Assembly: GCA_964456095.1 (NCBI GenBank) | Contig: CAYVZF010000001.1 | Location: forward strand, 4,889-57,863 | Source of the DNA: an uncultured Erysipelotrichaceae bacterium | GTDB taxonomy: Bacteria > Bacillota_I > Bacilli_A > RFN20 > CAG-449 | Reading direction: 5' to 3' | Length of the DNA stretch: 52,975 nucleotides | Part shown: positions 46,622-52,975 of the stretch, piece after piece | Layout: each line of letters opens with the position of its first letter | How positions within the stretch are numbered: position 1 is the first letter of the stretch | The notes under the pieces: generated by a model | The model's input: only the letters and a program-made list of their open reading frames with translations | Database searches by the model: none | Told to the model about the DNA's origin: nothing | Program-made: the position numbers and the translations under genes

Positions 46622-48110
46622 ATATTTTTCTTTAGCATTTGCTCTTTTTGCTTTAGCAGGCTGTACTAAGAGTTTCTGTTCAACATCTGATAAAGCTAAT
46701 ATGCTACTATATTATTCTAGTAAGCAAGAAGAAAATGTTTTAAAAAATATTGAAGAAAAAGGAATTATTTGCCCATCTGATAATTTCAATGGTTATATCG
46801 AATATAAGGTATATGAAACCGCAACTACTAAATATAGTGATTATTTTGAAGGTGAAAGCAATAAACCAACCTTTGGTGATAAAAAACTATCAGAATATAG
46901 TGTAGAAGAATTGATAAATGCTAAAGGTAAAAATGCTGATAACGAAAATATTAGTTTTAATGAATCATCGTATTATGCAAATATCAAATTTTCAGGATAT
47001 AAACAAACAGATGGTAATGCAACAGCGGAGTTATGGTATAACTTCGAAGAATGGACAAAAGAAATTAGAAATGAAGTTCATAAAAATGATAGTTATCAAA
47101 CTAATGTTGTAGTAAATAATGAAGTAAGAAATGTTACGATTACAATTAGCGATTTACCAACAAATGTATTTATTAGTGAATATAAAACTCAAATGAATAG
47201 CTTGATTGCTTCTACAAATGCATGTATCACTCCTTCTGAAGGATTATATGATGGTATCTATTATGAAGCAAAATCATGGGGCGATGCATTTAATCTTGGT
47301 ATAATTGAAGGACTTCTTGAATATCCAATAGCGTGGATGATTCATAGTTTCTATAATTTATTTAATATGGGAGCTTGGGGATCAATTTTATCAATTTTGA
47401 TAGTTACTGTTATTGTTAGATTATTCTTACTTGCTATCTCATTTAAGTCATCAATTGCTCAAACTAGAATGCAAGAATTACAACCTGAATTGAATGCTCT
47501 TCAAGCAAAATATCCAAATTCGAATACTGATGAATATCAAAAGAGAATGCTTGCACAAGCTCAAGCAGATCTATACAAAAAATATAAGATCAATCCTTTC
47601 TCATCATTAATTGTTATGATATTCCAATTCCCTATCTTTATCGCAGTTTGGGGTGCTATGTCTGGCTCTGCAATTTTAAGAGTTGATACATTATTCGCTA
47701 ATGGTGGTGATTTATGGGCATTAAAGCTTAGCGAAGGTATGAATACGGTTATGTTTAATTTCTCAAATGGAATTCATGTTAATATTACCGCGATTATTCT
47801 ATTTGTATTAATGTCTGCTGCTCAAATTCTTTCTGCTAAGTTACCTATGTGGATTCAAAAGAAAGAACAAAAAAATAGTGTTAAATTAGGAAAGAATCCT
47901 GCTCAAGATCAAACAAATAAACAAATGAATATGGTAAGTAATGTTATGATGATTATGATTATATTCATGGGTTTCACTCTTCCAGTAGGTATGGCAATAT
48001 ATTGGTTTATTTCTGCGATTATCTCATTAGCTCAATCATTAATTATTAGAGCAATAAGTAAATCAAATAGATCAAAATCGCAATATGCAAAATATAAAAC
48101 TAAGAAGTAA
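46605..48110 (+). CDS. yidC: YidC/Oxa1-family membrane insertase lipoprotein with a long N-terminal extracytoplasmic domain
   Basis: 501 aa. Lipobox LFALAGC. The insertase core runs from about aa 250 (LLAISFKSSIAQTRMQELQPELNALQAKY ... GMAIYWFISAIISLAQSLII) and ends in a basic tail. Confidence 0.88.
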   Translation: MKKIIKYFSLAFALFALAGCTKSFCSTSDKANMLLYYSSKQEENVLKNIEEKGIICPSDNFNGYIEYKVYETATTKYSDYFEGESNKPTFGDKKLSEYSVEELINAKGKNADNENISFNESSYYANIKFSGYKQTDGNATAELWYNFEEWTKEIRNEVHKNDSYQTNVVVNNEVRNVTITISDLPTNVFISEYKTQMNSLIASTNACITPSEGLYDGIYYEAKSWGDAFNLGIIEGLLEYPIAWMIHSFYNLFNMGAWGSILSILIVTVIVRLFLLAISFKSSIAQTRMQELQPELNALQAKYPNSNTDEYQKRMLAQAQADLYKKYKINPFSSLIVMIFQFPIFIAVWGAMSGSAILRVDTLFANGGDLWALKLSEGMNTVMFNFSNGIHVNITAIILFVLMSAAQILSAKLPMWIQKKEQKNSVKLGKNPAQDQTNKQMNMVSNVMMIMIIFMGFTLPVGMAIYWFISAIISLAQSLIIRAISKSNRSKSQYAKYKTKK

Positions 48111-48122
48111 GGAGAAAAAGGT

Positions 48123-48707
48123 ATGCTTTATAGTGGTAATAATTTAGAAGAAGTATTAAAAATTGCTTCTGAAGCAGAATACACACCTGTTGAAGAATTA
48201 ACATATTATGTTGTTGGACAAGATGATAATCATATTGATATAGAAGTATATACAATCGTTGACGTTATTGAGTTTGCTAGAAATTATGTTATAGATGGTA
48301 TTAATGCATTAGGATTTGATGCAAGAGTCAATCCAACATTAAAAGATGATATTATTAATTTAAAAATTGAAAGTGACAGAAATCCAATTATTATTGGAAA
48401 AAATGGAAGAAGTCTTCAAGCACTCAACGAATTAGTAAGATTAGCGGTTAGTAATAAATTTCATAAACGTTATAGAATTTTATTAAATGTTTCTGATTAT
48501 AAGGAAGAAAAATATGCTAAAATCACTTCTATTGCAAAAAGAATTGCTCACGAAGTTCAAAAAAGTAAAGTTGATGCAATTTTAGATCCAATGCCTGCTG
48601 ATGAAAGAAGAGCAATCCATAATGCTCTAGCGGGAATGCCTCATATTAAAACAGAATCATCAGGATTTGGAAAAGAAAGACAAATTAATATTATTTACGT
48701 TGAATAA
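48123..48707 (+). CDS. khpB: Jag/KhpB RNA-binding protein (KH + R3H)
   Basis: 194 aa. KH-like IIGKNGRSLQALNELV and R3H-like PADERRAIHNAL. Canonical position after yidC. Confidence 0.85.
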   Translation: MLYSGNNLEEVLKIASEAEYTPVEELTYYVVGQDDNHIDIEVYTIVDVIEFARNYVIDGINALGFDARVNPTLKDDIINLKIESDRNPIIIGKNGRSLQALNELVRLAVSNKFHKRYRILLNVSDYKEEKYAKITSIAKRIAHEVQKSKVDAILDPMPADERRAIHNALAGMPHIKTESSGFGKERQINIIYVE

Positions 48708-48715
48708 GTAAAAAA

Positions 48716-48759
48716 ACAAGAAGACAAATTAGCAAAATCAATGCAATGTCTTCTTTTTT
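48716..48759 (+). terminator. putative terminator after jag
   Basis: AAGAAGACA - 20-nt loop - TGTCTTCTT followed by TTTT. The large loop lowers confidence. Confidence 0.45.
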
Positions 48760-48802
48760 ATTAACTATAATATTAAAATTAAGTAGAAAGATAGGAATAT
48801 AT

Positions 48803-50113
48803 ATGGAAACGATTGTTAGCTTAATTACTCCTCCTATGAAAGGAGCTATCGCGGTTATTAGAATGTCAGGTGATAGAACATTTGATATTATTTCATCATG
48901 CTTTTCAAAAGTAATTAATTTTGAAAAAAGAAATGTAACATTTGGAACATTTCTTGACGAAGATAAAAACGAAATTGATGATATTGTATTAACTATTTAT
49001 GTAGGACCTAAATCATATACTGGTGAAGATGTTGTTGAAATATCATGTCATGGATCGATGTTAATTGCTTCAAAAATAATTGAAACACTTATTTCTAAAG
49101 GTGCTCGTTTAGCTGAAAGAGGAGAATTTACATCAAGAGCATATTACAACAACAAAATAGATTTAGTTCAAGCTGAATCAGTATTAAGTCTTATTGATTC
49201 AAAAACTGATGAACAAAGAAAGTTAAGTTTATATGCGTTAAAAGGTAAAGCATCAAAAACATTATATCCAGTAAAGAATGCTCTAGCGGATATTTTATCA
49301 AATATAGAAGTTAATATAGATTATCCAGAATATAATGATATTGAAGAAATAACAAGAAATGACATTGATGTAAAGGTTAAAGAAATAATTAATGAATTAG
49401 ATAAATTAATAGAGCAAGCAACAAACGCAAATTATATTTTAGATGGAGTTAATGTTGCATTAATTGGTAAACCAAATGTTGGAAAATCATCATTATTAAA
49501 TGCATTACTTAATGAAAATAAAGCGATTGTTACAGATATACCTGGTACTACAAGAGATATAGTAGAAGGAGATATTAATTTAGATGGATTACTTTTACAT
49601 ATTTTTGATACAGCAGGAATAAGAAAATCAGAAGATAAAATTGAAAGTATTGGAATTGAAAAATCGAAAGAAATGATTGAAAAAGCTGATTTAATTATAT
49701 ATATAAAAGATTCTACAAACGATGAATATGATAAAGAATTAGAAGAGATTATTAATAATAAAATGCATATAGTCGTTTATAATAAAAAAGATTTAATTAA
49801 TGATTATGATGACGATAAAATATATATTTCTGCATATAATAATGATATTTCTAATTTAAAAGATAAAATCAAAGATATATATATGAAAGAAAAAAGTATA
49901 AAACCATCTTTATGTTCTGAAAGAGAATTAGGATTATTAAAAGAAGCAAGAAAAGATTTACTATTTGCGTTAGAACAAGAAGAATATCAACCATTAGACA
50001 TTTTATCAGTATATCTTAAATCTGGATATGATTCTTTAAAACGTATATTAGGAGAAGAAGTAAATCCTGATTTGGAAAAAGAAATCTTTTCAAGATTTTG
50101 TGTGGGTAAATAG
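48803..50113 (+). CDS. mnmE: tRNA modification GTPase MnmE
   Basis: Start placed at ATG 48803 (METIVSLITPPMKGAIAVIRMSG, the typical MnmE N-terminus). The ORF-track start at 48746 lies inside the upstream terminator hairpin. G1 motif GKPNVGKSS, G3 motif DTAGIR and C-terminal FCVGK. Confidence 0.92.
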   Translation: METIVSLITPPMKGAIAVIRMSGDRTFDIISSCFSKVINFEKRNVTFGTFLDEDKNEIDDIVLTIYVGPKSYTGEDVVEISCHGSMLIASKIIETLISKGARLAERGEFTSRAYYNNKIDLVQAESVLSLIDSKTDEQRKLSLYALKGKASKTLYPVKNALADILSNIEVNIDYPEYNDIEEITRNDIDVKVKEIINELDKLIEQATNANYILDGVNVALIGKPNVGKSSLLNALLNENKAIVTDIPGTTRDIVEGDINLDGLLLHIFDTAGIRKSEDKIESIGIEKSKEMIEKADLIIYIKDSTNDEYDKELEEIINNKMHIVVYNKKDLINDYDDDKIYISAYNNDISNLKDKIKDIYMKEKSIKPSLCSERELGLLKEARKDLLFALEQEEYQPLDILSVYLKSGYDSLKRILGEEVNPDLEKEIFSRFCVGK

Positions 50114-50114
50114 T

Positions 50115-50894
50115 ATGATATTTGATACACATTGTCATTTATTTGACGAACAATTTAAAGATGATTTAGATGAAACTATCAAACGTGCTAGAAATAATAA
50201 CATTACAAAAATGCTTGTTTTAGGTGATAACATTAAAACAAGTTTAGAAAGTATAGATATTGCAAATAAGTATGAAGGTGTTTATAGCGCGGCTGGAGTA
50301 TTTCCATGTGAATGTTATGATTTAAAATTAGATGAAACTATTGAATGTATTAAAAATATAGTTAAAAATAACAAAAAGGTTAAAGCGATTGGAGAAATAG
50401 GTTTAGATTATTATTGGGAAAAAGATAATGAAAAAAGAAACAAACAAAAAGAATTTTTTATTTCCCAACTTCTTTTAGCAAACCAATTGAATCTTCCAGT
50501 TGCGATACATGCAAGGGATAGTATAGAAGATGTTTATAATATATTAAAAAAATACTTTCCTAAAAAAGGTGTTATAATGCATTGCTTTTCGTCTTCTAAA
50601 GAAATGATGAAAAGATTTGTTGATTTAGGTTGTTATATATCATTAGGTGGTCCAGTTACTTTTAAAAATTCTATTACGCCAAAAGAAATTGCATGTAATG
50701 TTCCACTTAATAGACTTCTTATTGAGACAGATTCTCCTTATCTTGCTCCTAATCCATTTAGAGGTAAAAGAAATGAACCATCATATGTTAAATATGTTTT
50801 ATTAGAAATAAGTAAATTGAGAAACATGAATGTTAATGAATTAGAAGAAATCATATTTAATAATTCTTGTCAAATCTTAGGTATAGAAAAATGA
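50115..50894 (+). CDS. tatD: TatD-family metal-dependent DNase/hydrolase
   Basis: Start placed at ATG 50115 (MIFDTHCHL). Motifs GEIGLDY, HARD, HCFS and ETDSPYL. Ends with a TGA stop. Confidence 0.9.
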   Translation: MIFDTHCHLFDEQFKDDLDETIKRARNNNITKMLVLGDNIKTSLESIDIANKYEGVYSAAGVFPCECYDLKLDETIECIKNIVKNNKKVKAIGEIGLDYYWEKDNEKRNKQKEFFISQLLLANQLNLPVAIHARDSIEDVYNILKKYFPKKGVIMHCFSSSKEMMKRFVDLGCYISLGGPVTFKNSITPKEIACNVPLNRLLIETDSPYLAPNPFRGKRNEPSYVKYVLLEISKLRNMNVNELEEIIFNNSCQILGIEK

Positions 50895-51430
50895 AACCAG
50901 TTATAGTTGTTGAAGGTACAAGTGATGTAAATAAATTACAAAATTTAATAGATGCTGATTTTGTTATTACAAATGGTTCTGCTGTTTCACGTGAAACAAT
51001 TAATTATCTAAAAGAATTATCAAAAAATAGAAAAATAATTTTGCTTTTAGATCCAGATTATCCTGGTATGAGAATAAGAGGAATTTTACAAAAAGAAATA
51101 CCTAATGCATTAAATGCATACGTAAAAAAAGAATTATCTGTTAAAGGAAAAAAACTTGGAGTATGTGAATGTGATAGCAATGAAATTTTAAGAGCGTTAA
51201 ATGAAGTATTTACTTGGGATAATAAAAAAATAATAAATAAAAAAGAATTAACAATTAATGATATCTATAGATTATCGTTATCTGGAAGTGTTGATTCTTT
51301 TGATAGAAGAGAATATCTTTCAAGTAGAATTCCTATTGGAAAAGTAAATGGAAAGACATTATTAAAAAGATTAAATCAATTAGGTATATCTTATAATGAT
51401 TTAGAAAAAATAATGGAGGATTATAAATGA
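50891..51430 (+). CDS. rnmV: ribonuclease M5 (Toprim)
   Basis: Start placed at ATG 50891, an ATGA overlap with tatD. Motifs VVEGTSD and LLDPDYPG. Confidence 0.88.
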   Translation: MKPVIVVEGTSDVNKLQNLIDADFVITNGSAVSRETINYLKELSKNRKIILLLDPDYPGMRIRGILQKEIPNALNAYVKKELSVKGKKLGVCECDSNEILRALNEVFTWDNKKIINKKELTINDIYRLSLSGSVDSFDRREYLSSRIPIGKVNGKTLLKRLNQLGISYNDLEKIMEDYK

Positions 51431-52248
51431 TAGCTAGCAAAGGTTATATTCAAAAAGTGATGGAAAATGAAGAATTATTTCCTAAGAAAAAATATTCTCA
51501 AAATTTTTTAATAAATAGTGAAACAGTATCACAAATAGTGGATCTTATTGAATATGAAAATGGTGATAGAGTAATAGAAATTGGACCAGGACTTGGAGCT
51601 TTAACTGAAGAAATAATTAATAGGTCGTATGAGGTTGATGTTTATGAAATTGATGAAAGAATGTGTAAACATCTTATTAAGACATTTTCAACATATGATA
51701 TTTTTAAATTACATGAAGGTGATTTTTTATTGCAAAACATTAATTATGATTCAAATGTGAGAGTTGTCTCTAATTTACCATATTCACTTACAACACCAAT
51801 GATTGAAAAAGTATTATTAGATATTTCAAATCTTAAACAATTTGTTTTTATGGTACAAAAGGAAGTAATAGGAAGACTTAATGCAAAAATAAAAACAAAA
51901 GAATATGGACCTTTAAGTATATTTATTTCATATATTGGTGAATTAAAAAAAGAAATTACTGTACATAAATCATATTTTTTTCCTATTCCTAATGTAGACT
52001 CAACCGTTTTTTCTATAAAAATTAATGATAAAAGAGATGTAAAATACGATAAAGAATTCTACTTATTTTTGAAAAAGTGTTTCGCTATGAGAAGAAAAAC
52101 ATTAGTTAATAATCTTTTAAAGTATTATCAAAAAGATTATATTATTGAAATACTTAATAAGACTAATTTACCGATTAATATTAGACCCGAAGAAATAACT
52201 TTAAAAGATTATTTAAAACTATTTAATAATATAAAAGGAAATATTTAG
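51427..52248 (+). CDS. rsmA: 16S rRNA (adenine1518/1519-N6) dimethyltransferase
   Basis: 273 aa. Motifs SQNFL, EIGPGLGALT and SNLPYS. ATGA overlap with rnmV. Confidence 0.92.
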   Translation: MIASKGYIQKVMENEELFPKKKYSQNFLINSETVSQIVDLIEYENGDRVIEIGPGLGALTEEIINRSYEVDVYEIDERMCKHLIKTFSTYDIFKLHEGDFLLQNINYDSNVRVVSNLPYSLTTPMIEKVLLDISNLKQFVFMVQKEVIGRLNAKIKTKEYGPLSIFISYIGELKKEITVHKSYFFPIPNVDSTVFSIKINDKRDVKYDKEFYLFLKKCFAMRRKTLVNNLLKYYQKDYIIEILNKTNLPINIRPEEITLKDYLKLFNNIKGNI

Positions 52249-52250
52249 AA

Positions 52251-52975
52251 ATGAAAAGAATTTTGAAAGTAATATCTACTATATTTTTATTATTAGGTAC
52301 TTCTTCTTGCCATAGAGTCATGGGTAATCAAATGGATTTTGAAATATGCGATTATGAGATTTTTGGAGAAACGATAGAAGTTTTAAAACAAAATGGCAGA
52401 AAAATTATTGTAAACTGCAGTAATAATACATATTATTACGATAATAATTATGATGATATAAAAGCAACAGAATTACAAAGTAGAATAGTGGTTTATGGTG
52501 GAAATGCACCAAGATATGGTTTTTATTTTGAAGATGATTATAAAGGTATTGAAAAATACTTACTTAATTATGATGAATTAAATTCTAAAACATCTGTAAT
52601 ATATACTGAAGGATATTTATTTGATAACTATGTATATGGAATATGTAATGTATATTATGATACTGTTGGATACTTATCTGGCGGTGGAAATTATGCAGAA
52701 GAAGAAATAGCGTATTCTATATATTATAAATATGATAATAAATTAGATGAAATAACAACTATTTATAAAGTGAAAGAAAAGATGATTGTCGCTTTTTCTA
52801 ATAATAAGATTATTTATTGGGAAAATAAAGCTTTATATAGTTACGATATATCATTAGATACTTCTAATTATTTATGTAATGATTTGTCTTATTGTTCGGG
52901 AATTAGACATCAATCAGTAGGAACAATATTTTTTAATAAAGATTTTGCTTTATTTAATTTTATAGAAGGTAAAAG
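52251..52975 (+). CDS. lipoprotein, unknown function (3' end beyond the window)
   Basis: ATG at 52251, and the frame is open to the window end (241 codons). The N-terminus MKRILKVISTIFLLLGTSSCHR is a signal peptide plus lipobox. Absent from the ORF track because no stop lies in the window. Confidence 0.6.
   Translation, partial: MKRILKVISTIFLLLGTSSCHRVMGNQMDFEICDYEIFGETIEVLKQNGRKIIVNCSNNTYYYDNNYDDIKATELQSRIVVYGGNAPRYGFYFEDDYKGIEKYLLNYDELNSKTSVIYTEGYLFDNYVYGICNVYYDTVGYLSGGGNYAEEEIAYSIYYKYDNKLDEITTIYKVKEKMIVAFSNNKIIYWENKALYSYDISLDTSNYLCNDLSYCSGIRHQSVGTIFFNKDFALFNFIEGK

Noticed and set aside
46918-47112. 64-aa ORF on the plus strand
   Set aside because: It lies in an alternative frame inside yidC.
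50892-50894. Possibility of the mycoplasma code (TGA = Trp), given the AT-richness and lipoprotein style
   Set aside because: TGA ends tatD (50892-50894), rnmV (51428-51430) and dnaN exactly where homologous proteins end. Trp is encoded by TGG throughout, and all long ORFs are intact under the standard code.

Overview
This is a very AT-rich bacterial chromosome segment, roughly 25-30% GC by eye. It uses the standard genetic code: TGA is a stop (for example at the end of tatD) and Trp is TGG. Many surface proteins are lipoproteins with a Cys lipobox followed by a Ser/Asp/Glu-rich linker. This points to a low-GC Firmicute or non-code-4 mollicute-like organism (Acholeplasma/Erysipelotrichia-like), but I cannot assign a taxon from sequence alone. 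The window has three blocks. (1) 1-24.0 kb is entirely on the minus strand and is a uronate-polysaccharide utilisation locus, best fit alginate. It holds a surface PL6-type lyase, an SGNH acetylesterase, two GLUG-repeat lipoproteins and ConA-like binding modules. It also holds an LplABC-type ABC importer interleaved with five unassigned membrane proteins. Cytoplasmic functions are two heparinase II/III-family lyases, a PL5-like lyase, a KdgF-like cupin, an SDR reductase and an IclR regulator. Its two promoter regions share a palindromic operator. (2) 24.0-31.2 kb is an accessory patch. It contains an HTH-AAA-PD-(D/E)xK protein bracketed by ~122-bp direct repeats, a YiiX-like hydrolase, a PL1 pectate lyase lipoprotein and pepT. 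(3) 31.2-53 kb is the replication-origin neighbourhood: tadA, SRP RNA, T-box-controlled serS, gyrA, gyrB, recF, yaaA, dnaN, dnaA, DnaA-box clusters on both sides of dnaA, then rpmH, rnpA, yidC, jag, mnmE, tatD, rnmV and rsmA. Coding strand switches at about 45.6-46.0 kb. The most unusual gene is a 1058-aa fusion of a complete UvrD-type helicase to a complete Pif1/RecD-type helicase, inserted between dnaN and yaaA. Other points worth a second look are a 42-aa ORF absent from the ORF track, a lyase gene with no canonical start, an SRP RNA abutting tadA, and strong in-frame over-representation of CCGCGG/ACCGCG.
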